Source: Utricularia gibba (lineage: Eukaryota; Plantae; Magnoliophyta). From it: 64,000 nucleotides of DNA. The stretch is from the NCBI GenBank assembly GCA_002189035.1, contig CM007989.1, positions 6,324,001 to 6,388,000 of the forward strand, in the 5' to 3' direction. Numbering within the stretch: the stretch's first letter is position 1; each line of letters opens with the position of its first letter. This document shows positions 52,025-64,000 of the stretch, in pieces. The notes under the pieces were generated by a model, which made no database searches, had not been told where the DNA came from, and saw nothing but the letters and a program-made list of their open reading frames with translations. A program made the position numbers and the translations under genes.

Positions 52025-54384
52025 TTAAAACAGTCTGTTTGGCTTAGGTGACGATGACTTTGCCTTGGCAAAGTCGACCAAGTCTTTAAAAAGTATATCT
52101 TCAGGCTTCTCTTGCTTTGATTGTCCAGATGTTTTGATTGAGAGATTCTGTGTCTGTGTAACCACACCATCGTAAGAGGAACCGGATCCACTGCTCGAAC
52201 GGGAGGTTGATCCAGCACCCTGTGTTTGCTGTTGCTCAAAATAATGTCGTCTCTGGCTGTACCTTGAAGGTGGAGGTGGAATGTTGCCCACAGTTGGAAG
52301 GTCCCATGGTGCAGCAGGCAACTTTTCTGGAGACTTGTTTGTCGAAAGCTCATCATATGACTGTTTAGGAGCAAACATCACTGCTGTTGGGTTGACATAA
52401 TCATCAGATTGGGAGGAAGGATGCCCTGGAGTAGATACAGGAATCGATTTTGCTTTGCTTGAATGAGTCAAAACAGCACCATCTCCAGGTTCCGGTTGTC
52501 CTAAGGATTGCTCCCTCTCACGGAGATCACCACTAATATAATCCACAGTTCCCATATCCGAGGCTGCAGCCTTCTCCAAAGATGCTGGTGGAGGACGCAT
52601 TGCACTGATCTGCGAAGGCTCAGTCTTGTTGGCTGCTGATTTACTACTGAACCCTCGAGGCTTATCCCTATTTGATCTGGAATTGTTCATTGCCAAGAAT
52701 GAGAACCAAACTGCAACATGGAGCGAAGAAATGCAACATACCTCCGTGCTAGCCGCAAAAAGTCATCCTCTGGTTCTTCACCCTCATGAACCACATTCAT
52801 GAATGGCGCAACAGGATCATGGTCTCTATTGGTAGCATTCTCGACAGAAGTTTGCTGTTTTCCGTTGGTTATATCATCATGGAGACTAAGAGCACGCTGC
52901 AAGCTATCGTTCAAGGATAGTCCTCTGCATAAAAGATCCTCATCTCTGCACAAGTGAAAAAGAAAGTTGTTGCCTGGACATTGAAATCTTAGACTGAATG
53001 ATGTGAAAATGAGGTTACACTTACACAGTGTTGTTCACGAGAACCATGATGCGCTTTTGGTACGACCGGCACTGATCGACTAAGTCGATAATGATCTCGT
53101 CTTTCACACCCTGTTGTTGTCAGCAAATGCGATGCAATGCCAAACATGTAACAAATCTTGCCCTTTCACAAGCACTGACATGAAAGAGCATCAGGAAGCA
53201 TAAAGGAGAGCCCACCTGAGGATCAGCAGGATCCAAAGCAACCAGCATTTCCATGAGAACACCTGCAATTCCTTCAGCATTTTGAATCTCTGGTACACTG
53301 AGTGAAAACAAAGAATCCTTAGGCACTGAACTAACTTCAACTCCAGGCACAAAAGAGAATACCTAAGGCCGGAAGGATCCAACTCCAACAATGCTTCCGT
53401 AGCAGTTTCTTCATACAAAGGGTGTCCTGAACCATATTATTTGTCTGGGAAGGGGCAAACAATGGCACACTATTTTCTTCTCTTGGAGGAAATATTATCC
53501 CAGCTGACTGATAATTAGATGTCAAAAGAAAGGGTAGGTTTAGAAGAACCTCAGCATTACATGAATCAAATTTTTATGGGATGTGCTACATTTTTAGATG
53601 GGGCTGCTATGGAAGGCAGCCTCATCCACAGTGGGAAAGAAGATACAGCGGTCGATTTTTCTCACCAGCAGTTCCGAATAAGCAGAATAATACTGTGGAA
53701 ACCTCCCCCCACGTCCACCTAAAGCTTCTTGCCAGGTATCTATTAGGTCGAGAATCTTATCCTTAACTATACCAGGCTGCAAATTCACCAAAAAGAAGGT
53801 GAAAATAGAAAACTAAGAGACTGCAGCCAAGAAAAATGATCAGACATAATTATCTACCACCTTCTTCTTTGCGATTTTGACCATATCATGTAAAATATCT
53901 CGCTCAGCAATCTGCTGAAAAATGTTTTCAGCACAATTCTTGGTGAGAGTCTCTAGAACCTGGATTGTAAATAATCGAGAAACTGTTTTGAAGGGTTCAC
54001 TGAACAGAGAAGCGCATAGAAAATACAAATATCTAGAAGTTAAGTCACAGGCCACTGCATCCATTGATAGCTAAAAATGTGCTTTACTTAAGCCACGCGT
54101 ATTCAAGAGTATGACTTACGAATAGCGTGAGATGCTGAATTTTGGGGTTCTTGTTCCCTAGCTTTTTCTTAAGTAACTTCAGGACATCCTTTGCTTGCCT
54201 GGATTATGTTTTCACATTGTTTCATATGAAGGACAGAGTCGAAGAACCACTGCTTCATGTAGAAAAGTAAACTGTACCCTGGATCCGTGTTAATAATGTC
54301 ACATAGTTCAATATTTATTGCCCAATCTGGACCAGGAAGAGCCTCACTAGTAGCCCTTTCAACAACTGCTGTAGCATTCGCCAT
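52025..54384 (-). CDS. TOL: TOM1-like (VHS-GAT) endosomal ubiquitin receptor, 9 coding exons; one frameshift in exon 5
   Basis: Exons 54384-54278, 54198-54120, 53959-53861, 53776-53666, 53507-53363, 53297-53216, 53110-53025, 52945-52742 and 52676-52025, all GT-AG and phase-compatible. [24 protein letters not shown]; [31 protein letters not shown]; C-terminal [13 protein letters not shown]. 1565 nt plus 1 gives 521 aa. Confidence 0.95.
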
Positions 54385-55216
54385 GATCTTTCTGTTATAT
54401 TTTCCACTATGAAACTCCTAAATAGTAATAAAAAAAGACCAATTAGTAAAGGATACATATCCCCTTTCTGCAGGAAACAGATAATACATCCAAGCACAGA
54501 AAAAGATCGCCAGCACAGGAGCTAAAGGAAATCGTAACGTTATCATCCCATAAATATTATGGCGATCAGCAAATTCAGCTCTGGAACATGAAGAGCAACA
54601 AAGACTCACAAAAAGATCATGTATTTATTGTCCCGTGAAACAATGATTTAACTAAAACTGAAAGATCAAGACATTTATGAACATAAGAATAACCCGATTC
54701 CTAGACCCAAAAAAATCATACCAACAATTAAAAAAAAAATACACCATTGAGGGCAAGACGGTTGAAAATGGGAAATGAAACAGAATGGAGCAACAAAAAC
54801 CTAAGGATCTCCCATTTACGGCACCCCACGAAAACCCAGTTGAGATTTACAATCACGAAGCAAGAATAGACTAAGATCCCTCAAAATTTACATAGCGGAA
54901 GCAAAAGCATCCCGAGAAGGCAAATCAATACCGATCAGTCCCTCAGCTCGAGTCCAACGAAAGAGAAAAGACTATGACTTTCCAGTACATTCCTTGTAAT
55001 CTCAACCACGGGCACCCAGAAAACAAGAAAAAAAAATGGAAAATGAATGGATTAAAGAAGGTCGGAGGAGCGAGAAGATGAAAACCACCACTAGTGAACT
55101 TTTGTCAGATCTCGGCTGGAAAGCGAGTTCAAGGAGAGGTGTCAATCATTAAATCTAAAGTGGGTAAAGCAACAAATGCAACCTGCTGGCTCGGAATCCG
55201 AGTTCTGTATCTCCCC

Positions 55217-55244
55217 CACTCACTCACTCACTCACTCACTCACT
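55217..55244. repeat. (CACT)7 repeat in the TOL promoter/5' UTR region
   Basis: Read directly from the sequence. Confidence 0.85.
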
Positions 55245-56868
55245 CTCTTATGCAAATGAATTATCGTTGTTCCCGTGGTGTGATGCCTTAGCTTGAGAGA
55301 CACTCCTTGTAAAGTCAAGATCGATTCCCATGGGATTGGAAACTTGTATTTATTGATTTAATAAATAAATACATATACTTTACTATTATAATAATTTAAT
55401 TCATTATTTGAATAATAATATTATTAATAATGTAGATTAAACATAGCAAATTGATAATAAATTACTGAAACAGTTTGTTAAAACTTACAATTTTATTAAA
55501 TGATCGAGTTTAATTATTCCAAGGGTATTGATAACTAAAAGAATAAAAAATTCAACTAATTAATGAATACACTTTCGGGCTCCATGGAAATATTGGAATA
55601 CAAATTATGATAAAAATAATAATTCCATCGAAATAATGAATATTTAAATTATTATATATAAATAAATATATATTATCGATCTATAATTGAATTCATATGT
55701 TATATAAGTTTTACAAATACACAGAACATACATATTTCTCACTATATAAATAAATCTCTCAAACACGAATTGATATATTAACGATAAAATTGCAAAATTT
55801 AACAAATTTTAAAGACGTAAAACTCAATAGCTTTAAAAAAATCATTAATTATAAGAAGGTTTGAAGCGTGACGCACTCAAAGTCTGGATCTATTTATTAA
55901 TGAGTTGATTTCATGAAGAACATTCTTTATGAATGTGGGGGTTTGGGTTTAGGGTGTCCATTTCGGGAGCCAACATCCCAATTAATGACAATTAATAATG
56001 AAAAGAAAACTTCCCCCGTTTTATAATGATGACAAATGTCGACAACACGTTTGATATTATGGAAAATGAAATATCCTGGTTTGGTCTGCAATGTGATTAC
56101 CATAAAGATGATATTTGATAATCCAAATTCCCCCAAAAAATATCATGACAAGTAATCTATTTGATCCCACTTTGTGTAAATAATTTTCAATCAAGTATAT
56201 TATTTAAATATCAATTAAATTAACACACATCCTAAGATGTTTTAGGTTCTTTTTGGCATAACTTTTCAAAGGATTTTATTTTGAAAAAACAGAAGTTGAA
56301 ATTATGTCTCTAAATTTTTGATTTTTTTTGAAATAAAAATCATTCCTATTTTATAATAAAATTGATTTTAAATCATTTGTAAATAAAGATAAGCTATATC
56401 GAACACACAACCTAAATGTCAATTCTCTTCCAACAAGTAACATGGGGCGAGAGAATATGCAAATGTCCGCAGCCCCATTAAACATTTTAAATTATGTTTT
56501 TATGTAAATGGATGGTTTAGCATACTCCAATACGGGGTACAATATTAGATGTAATTTTTATATTTTTTATATGTATTAATTTATTTATATAATTTTAATT
56601 TTTTAAAGTGATATAATTAGGATTAGAAAATTCTCCACTACTACCATCTAAACATGTGCTTGGATGGCGAAATTATGGAGTTTTAATATAAGAATGGTAG
56701 ATTATATCCTCAACGACCAGTTCAAGGGGACGGCCCCGGGTGGGGAGCCAGAGCTTGTGGTGTACAGAAGGAACACGCACGGGGACCCCGACCTGTGACA
56801 GTAGCTTTAATCAATTAAAAAACAAAAAAAAAAAGATTGGAATTGAAAATATTTTGTTTGATGAAGAT

Positions 56869-56930
56869 GGATTTGTTTAAACTTATATGTCTTCCTTCCG
56901 GATTTGTTTAAACTTATATGTCTTCCTTCC
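56869..56930. repeat. Perfect 31-bp tandem duplication
   Basis: GGATTTGTTTAAACTTATATGTCTTCCTTCC at 56869-56899 and 56900-56930. Confidence 0.95.
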
Positions 56931-59039
56931 TTTCTCTAATCCTTCACATGCACCTGTAAACTAAATATTATATAAAAATGTAATTCCTTAACACCATTTT
57001 TTTTTATCTAAATTCACGTAAATTAAATTTTTTTATATAATAATCCAAGTGTGTAGTGTTGTTGGGACTCATTGGGGGTGCTGCTACTTTTGGGCCTCCA
57101 CCTGAATTTAGGCGATGGGCCGTGTTGTGATTATTCACAAAATACCAGAAAAGAGGCATTCCTGATGAAAAGTCGAGATGGCGTGTCTCCGCCTGGAAAA
57201 GTAAAGATAGTTGGAAGAAATTGGCATTGTATTAATAAGGCAGTGACGCTAGTGTTGACATTGTTGAAAAAGTTGACTATAATATAATCATTGAACTTAC
57301 AAGTTTATACTAATATTGCTACACATATAAATTATGAATATCCTTACAATTAGAGATAAGATTTATATAGCTGTTATATCCTTTCGATGAATATTTTTCT
57401 TTCTTCCAAAAGTGCTACGCTACTCAGTCGAATGGCTATGTTTAATTATACAATATCTTTGATGAGTTTTAACATAGTGTTAGAAGTGGGATGTTTCGTT
57501 GTTTGTCTATAATGATTTATTTATTTACAAGTTATCTACGGTAGGTTTGTTGTCTCAAATTATATCGATAAGGTTGAATTGTGATAATTATGTAACATGA
57601 CATAACATGATGTTTAACTTCATTTTATGTTGATGGATATATTCATGTTCCTTCAAAAAAATTGATTACAAAGATAAATGAAGTTCAAAAAATGAAAGTT
57701 AATCCTCAATTTGAAGATTGAATGCTAATGATATACAAGTTGTAAGTTGGATTTAGTTTGCATTATCTGAATAAGTTCTAGTTCAAATCTTGTATACTAA
57801 TACATCGGTATCATTTTGACATATTTGTACAATGCTTTCATAATTCAAATAAGGACAAAAATTTTACAGTTGAAGTGCAAGCTATCAACTATGGAATAAG
57901 ATGATAAATCAATATTGGTCTTCTATAATGAAGTCAAAAATTTATATGATCACCTTAAACTTATTAATTATCAAATTCCATCAAGAGATTGTGTTATGTA
58001 TTTTCCTAAAGACTTGAAAGATATGTATTAGGAGACAATGAATACGCTTATATTGCATCATCCACTATGAACTTTTAAAAGTCTTTTAGTTATCTTTTTG
58101 ACATGTGAACAACGTTTCAAGGTACAAACTATTTCAAGCAGGAAAATGTAGTGGTGGCCACATTAGGTGTCGAGGACAATAACATGTCAATTGTTACTCC
58201 CATGAGAGAAAGTTTTCTCTTAACTTCTGGTATCATAACTCGCAAAATAATACAATTAGGTATGCATTTCAACCACAAACTCACTACTTCCAGTAACATA
58301 ATACTCAGAATACCTTTTGTATTTATGGAATAGTGTCATCCCAAACTCATTGTCATTAGCAATCGTATGTACGTGATGGGTAACCAAGAAAAAATAGGAT
58401 TGAAACAGGAGTTGTTGAAATTGAAGAGATAGCAATACTTGAGGCAAAAAATGAAGCATCAGAAAATCAAGAAAAATGATAAAGAAAAAACGGTGGAAGA
58501 ATAAAAAAATTAAAAAAATATTTTGGAAAATAAGACATTAAAAATCGTACAATGGTAGAAGAGAAATCAAATGGAATCTCTATATTTTCTAAGAAAAAAA
58601 ATGTTATGTGACATGTATAATATATAAATTCAAAAAGAAAATGCAAAAAAATTGAGATTGAAGAAGAATAATTACAGAATGATATTGGTAATAAAAAAAA
58701 TGTAACAACAAAAAAGGAAATGTATTTACCTAATCTAATCCCATTTTATTTAGAAAGACATTTGTGCAACGAAATAAAGAATTTCAAGCATTATGTAGAT
58801 ATACTCAACATCAAATACCTAAATTTGAAAAATGAGATACATGTTAATGAATATGCTGAGATAAAAGAAGCAAAACTATTATCCTACTATATCATTGATT
58901 TTGAAATTTTGATAGAATTTGACATTGTTGAAAATGTTTACATTTTACCAGAAGGAATTTTTTTATTAACTCTAAAGGCACTTTTAGTCGACAAGTTTAC
59001 ATATATTTAAATGGTTTATTAAACCCTTGTAATGATTTA

Positions 59040-59760
59040 AACATAAGACTACAATAGATAAGGGACAAAACAAAGCCTAAAGGGAGCTATATAAAAATAA
59101 ATATACTTCTTAAATACACTTTACATGTGTTTGCGATCAAAATATAAAATTTCATATTGTATCTATCAGTTGGGAGGGATCATCCATGGATAATATTATA
59201 TTATGTGATGTTATATCTAGGGAAGATGCATTATATGATTATAAATGTAAAGTTGTTTTATTTTCTTAAATTTCATAGTATTAAATTGTAAAATTTCTTT
59301 TTATATTTGATTATAGTTGATTACTATTTATGTGATAATGACTACATATGAAGGTTTTCTAGTTCGTATTTAAGGGTACAATCTAAAAGAATAAGATGAA
59401 GTCACATACTACAAAATTTTTGTGAGTATTTCAATATGAAGTATTGTACAACTTGAAATGTTGTTGATATGATATTTGAACTTTTCAAGACAGGTTGAGA
59501 TATTTTATGAAGTTTGCCATACTACCTTATTCAAATTCATACTGATATTATATTTGCATGTGCACTATTTCACAATTTTATCTATTTACAAGTTAGATAT
59601 GATCCTGTTAAAATTGAAATAGATGAGCATTATATCGAAAATGATAATAATGCTGATGAATATGTGACCATTGTTGAGAGGATTCTGAAATGGTTTGATT
59701 GATGTGATGCTTTTGAAAAAACTTTGTATTATGAGTATCATGGCTGATGATTTGAGTACA
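59040..59760 (+). mobile_element. Degenerate PIF/Harbinger transposase; element probably extends upstream to about 57400
   Basis: TCVCDQNIKFHIVSISWEGSSMD (59123-59191; compare ACDFDMRFTYVLAGWEGSAHD), FNMKY..NVVDMIFELFK near 59432-59490, and IQIHTDIIFACALFHNFI in ORF 59514-59702. TIRs not found. Confidence 0.75.
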
Positions 59761-60080
59761 ATAAGTTATATAAAAATATTTTAGTATGTTACTCATTGTA
59801 TTTTTGTATGTTTTTTTGGTTTAAATAAATTTGGTGGTATTGGAAATATGACTTGTATTTGAGAATATATCAATAGTAACTAATGTAACAATCAATCACT
59901 ATTTCATCTATAAATTATGTATTGCTTAATGTATTTTGTACTCAAAAATTTTAATATTTTTGAAAAGCCACAATTGCATAAGTGGAGTATAAATGAGAAT
60001 AAAAAAAGTCATCTTTATAAAAAAAAAATTATTATGATCATCATTTATCAATCATCATTGATGACTTTTAACTTTATTAT

Positions 60081-60240
60081 AAATCCTTGGATATGAAACA
60101 TCATTGAAAATTCAAAGCTATTATTGGTTTAGGACAAAAAAAACACTATTTTTAACTTTTAAATCCTTAGACATGAAACATCATTGAAAATTCAAAGTCA
60201 TCATTGACTTATGACAAAAAACACTATTGTTAACTTTATT
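60081..60240. repeat. Two diverged 80-bp tandem units
   Basis: aaatcctt.ga.atgaaacatcattgaaaattcaaag...acactatt.ttaacttt at 60081-60160 and 60161-60240. Confidence 0.85.
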
Positions 60241-63200
60241 CGCCGTTACAATCTGATAAAATGAAACATAATACAATTCAAAAGCTATCCTAATAGTTTA
60301 ATCCTTCAATCCAAGTGCAACTTGGTTCAAAAGAAATCACTTGTACAATAGGAAAATAAGATCACAATATTTGATGCAATATCATATGACATTATTAAAT
60401 GATTAGCATTGGATGCCTTAAGAAATAAGGTAATTTTTGAAGGCTTTGACATTACAATCTCCATTACTTGCCTTCATATTAAATATTGAGATCAACATAC
60501 ATGGTATTCATATAAACTACAACATCTTCTTATTTTTGTATAAATGCAGTCCCATGACCCATTTATATCCTCAACCTATGTTTGTCATTGCTCTCATTTT
60601 AACCAAAGTATTAGTTGATATCTTAGGAGATCTATTCCTTTTCATTGACAACTTGCTTGTTGGTTTAAATACCACAGAGGAAATAGAATCAATATATATT
60701 GATGTGTCATCCATAAAAAAAAAGCATGCATGTGTATATTTATGAGTGAATTTAGGTGGTTTAAATATGATTTTTTTATATTTTATTAATTTAAATATTA
60801 TTTACACTAAGTTGATAATTTAGGTCATATTATGTTTTCTAATATTTTTCTTAATGTTAATTATAGTATAATAGAACATATCATGTCTCATTGATATGCA
60901 TAAAATTCATAGCATGTTATACAAGATGAGAGCACAAAAAGAGGGGTGTAAAAAAATTTCAATGAAAGAAAAAAAATTACAGCAGATAAAAAGTGAAAAA
61001 ATAGAAAGTAAAGTAGACACAATCACCAAAGAGAATAATGAGAAAAGAAAATATTTTATACACATTACAAGAGAAAATTTTGAAAGAAATTAAAAGGTAG
61101 AATTCCCTAAAATGGTGAATTAATTTAGAGTTTAATGTCTTTTATTTCACAAATTAGAATTAATCTATGAGAGAAAATTATGAAACACCTAATTTGGAAA
61201 ATCCAAACTTAGAGGCAGATTAAAGAAGTGAGATATATTTTTATAAATATTTTCTTGATTAGAATCTAATAGAATCAAGTAGATCTAGTATTATTTGTAT
61301 TATAAAATGGTGAACCTTAGTGTATTGTAATTTAGAAAACTTAGGAAAATTGAAAATAAAAAAAATCATATAGTTTGGGTACATCTAAATGGCTTCAAAT
61401 TAATTAGCATTTGTGAGTTATAAGATCAAAAGTCAAGTGGGCACTCTTTTAAATCCTTGAGCCACCCATATTTTAATTATATTAAGATTTTTTATTTTTT
61501 TATTTTTTTTATAATTTTCTATTATATTATTTACTCACTATTATTTTTAATAAGGATTTTAATAGAGATTAGCTTAAGATTTATTATCCTATTTTCACAT
61601 CATAAGTACTAATTACTTGAGTTTGACCTTGAAATGCATTATATATCTTGTTTTTAATTTACATTTTATGAGAATTAGAATTTTATAAATTTATTTGATA
61701 TATAAACTGATTAATCACAATGATATTATAATTTTTTTATGGCAACTCAATTGCTACCATCAACTAATGAGAAACTTGAATTAATGTCTCATTAATGAAC
61801 GTTATAACTTGTTAAATGTTGCGATATAGCATGTTCAACGCATCAAAAAATATATATAAACCTAATTTTCTTCTACATAAATCACAAAAATTAATATAGC
61901 ATGACAAACAAAGATCAAATCTACATGAAATAGTTGCAATTTCTCAAAGTACTTTATATTTACTGAAAATAGGGGTTTCTAGGAGTTTAGGTCTTATATG
62001 CGTAACATATAAAATAACAATAATTAAAATGAATAAGTTGCGGGAGTGAATGAGCATAGAAAAAATGGGAATGCATATAAAACATAAAATGAAGGTGATT
62101 TGGTTGGGTTTACATTAGAATCTAATACTTGTGTCATTCAAGAGAGTACTTAAATCTAAATACAGCATTATCATGTCTGAAAACAAAGGGTTGCTGAAAT
62201 AATAATCATGTTAAACTTAAGAACTAAAGAATTGAAAACTCAAACATAAATAAGTTCATAAACTAAAATAATGTCTACATAAGGTTTTTCGTTCATAGCT
62301 AAGCATTACAATCACAATGAAAGCATGGAAAATGCAGGAAATATAGGGACACATTCAAAGTTGGAAATAAAAAGCCAGAAAATGAAAATAAAACTGTTTA
62401 GCTGCAGCTGTAAGCTATAGATCTACAACATCTGAAAGTTTTGAACGAAAATGTGGTCTATAGACATGGATCTAGAAGCTGGTCAGAGGTGTTCATCAAA
62501 GAACCACTATTCTCCCCTACTTCATGCTCCTCACTACTCGTTCTCATCTCGTTCCTAATTCCTCTTTTCTTTTCCTGCTCAAAGGAAGGGTATCTCTGTT
62601 TTTTCCATGAGTTTTTAGAAGGAAAATCTCTACTCTAAATCTTATCTTTTTAGAAGACATCTAATTTCAACTAAAATCAAATTTTCCTCAACTTTTATGT
62701 CCATTTTGACTTTTCAACATGAAAAGTGCACTACCAATACTAACTTTTACCCTATTAAAACTTAGATATAGACTAGAAAGAAAAATTAGAGTTTTTGGCT
62801 CAATTGTTGTCAATTAAGCCTATTTTCGCAACAAACATATTCCTAACAATTAAATGCACGAAATGAGACAATTACATATACAAAACAACATTTTACCCTA
62901 TAAAATATACTTAAAAACATATACAAAAATACAATAAAAATAGTGTTATCATTCATCCAAAGTTTAGTATGTAGTACTCAATATTGAACTTTAATAAGGT
63001 TTGACATTACTTTTAGTGTCAATCAAGTGTACTAGTGCATGCATGCTCTTACTTGAAAATACTTTGCTATGCTCAAATGTGTATTGTGCAATATTGAAAG
63101 AATATTTTATAAAATAGATATATCCTTTGACATCTCTATCAAATTTTCAAGTTTATTATGATTCTAATTGGGTAAAACTCTATCAATGAATATTGTATTT

Positions 63201-63251
63201 ACTTTGGGAGTATTGTGCTTGAAAAAGTAGGAAGCAATGCATAGTTGCAAG

Positions 63252-63833
63252 TAGACCTGGGTTGTAACTCACTGGGTAACAAGTCGGACTCATCGAGTCA
63301 TGGCCCTATTACGGGTTCACGAGTAGACAGGTCGATGGGTTATGACCCCAACTTGTATCGTATTTGAGTTGACTCGTTACCTATCAACTCGTTGAGTCGA
63401 TCGGGTATAGACTCACCAACCCGTATTTTCATCTTATTTTTTAAAATATTATTCTATTTTAAATTATTTTTTATTATATGGGAATGTTTTTTTATATATG
63501 CCCTATTGTATCATTAAATATTCAAGTTTAAAAAATGTAATAAAGTTTTACTTTCTTCTTTACCAAGCTTGGGACTGATACACAAATAGAGTTAAAAACC
63601 TTTTTTTTTTTGTTAGTATCAACTTACAAATATTAAATGAAAAAGATAGAAAAACTAAATTAAGAAAATTAATCAATTTCAAAACTCCCTAAGACGTCAT
63701 CATCATCATCCCATTTATCTATTTTGATATTCTATAATCTCAAATCAACAGCTACCCAATCCTTCAAGTAGATGCACACCTCCAATGTGCTGTCTGCCAA
63801 GCTCTCACGGTGAGGAGTTAGAATGTGGCCATC
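63252..63833 (-). mobile_element. hAT DNA transposon end with C-terminal dimerization-domain remnant
   Basis: Minus strand DGHILTPHRESLADSTLEVCIYLKDW (63755-63833) resembles hAT GRVLDERRSRLAPDILE.LICLKDW. TIR-like TAGACCTGGG at 63252, followed by GC-rich subterminal repeats (gactc/gagtc/gggt). Confidence 0.65.
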
Positions 63834-64000
63834 TAAACAAACTAAGGGCACTCTCACTAAAAATAGTGGAAGCTGGTGATGTAAAAACAGCTTTTACTAC
63901 TATAGCCAATGTAGGATAAACATACATTTGATTCTTCCACCATTCCAATATATCAAATTCATCTTCTTTAGTCTTTTCCTAGTGGATTAAACTTCACTAC

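Noticed and set aside
55948-55954. TTTAGGG telomeric motif
   Set aside because: Single copy, expected by chance.
56869-60240. 31-bp and 80-bp direct repeats as a CRISPR-like array
   Set aside because: Each has only two adjacent units with no spacers, there are no cas genes, and the context is eukaryotic.

Overview
AT-rich nuclear DNA from a flowering plant (eudicot-like), with GC-richer genes separated by decayed transposons. No prokaryotic systems or CRISPR arrays are present. Recognisable genes: a PAP28/29-type metallophosphoesterase (4615-5894 +), a SHAQKF-class MYB-related gene (7589-8889 -) with a decayed tandem copy (10490-12310), a DUF241 protein (17956-18852 -), a 90-aa LEA-like protein behind two ABREs (22959-23231 +), a U2 snRNA gene with a complete USE/TATA/3'-box architecture (33197-33393 -), a VIT/CCC1 vacuolar iron transporter-like gene (34972-35601 +), a GT-2-type double trihelix factor (41494-43224 +) and a 9-exon TOM1-like VHS-GAT gene (52025-54384 -). 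Remnants of Copia, Gypsy, PIF/Harbinger, hAT and a Tourist MITE fill the gaps. The most notable observations are four. (1) A ~450-bp mosaic of plastid fragments from distant plastome loci (rbcL, an IR spacer, psaA, rps7) lies between (TA)n tracts. (2) The U2 gene has an intact promoter and stems but a G-to-U change in the U2B''-binding loop IV. (3) Four single-base deletions, each at a mononucleotide run, break three otherwise intact conserved genes, which points to assembly error rather than pseudogenes. (4) The same one-base correction would reveal an unrecognised two-exon 124-aa gene just upstream of U2. Family assignments and organelle matches come from recalled motifs, not database searches. 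I found no evidence for a wholly new multi-gene system.
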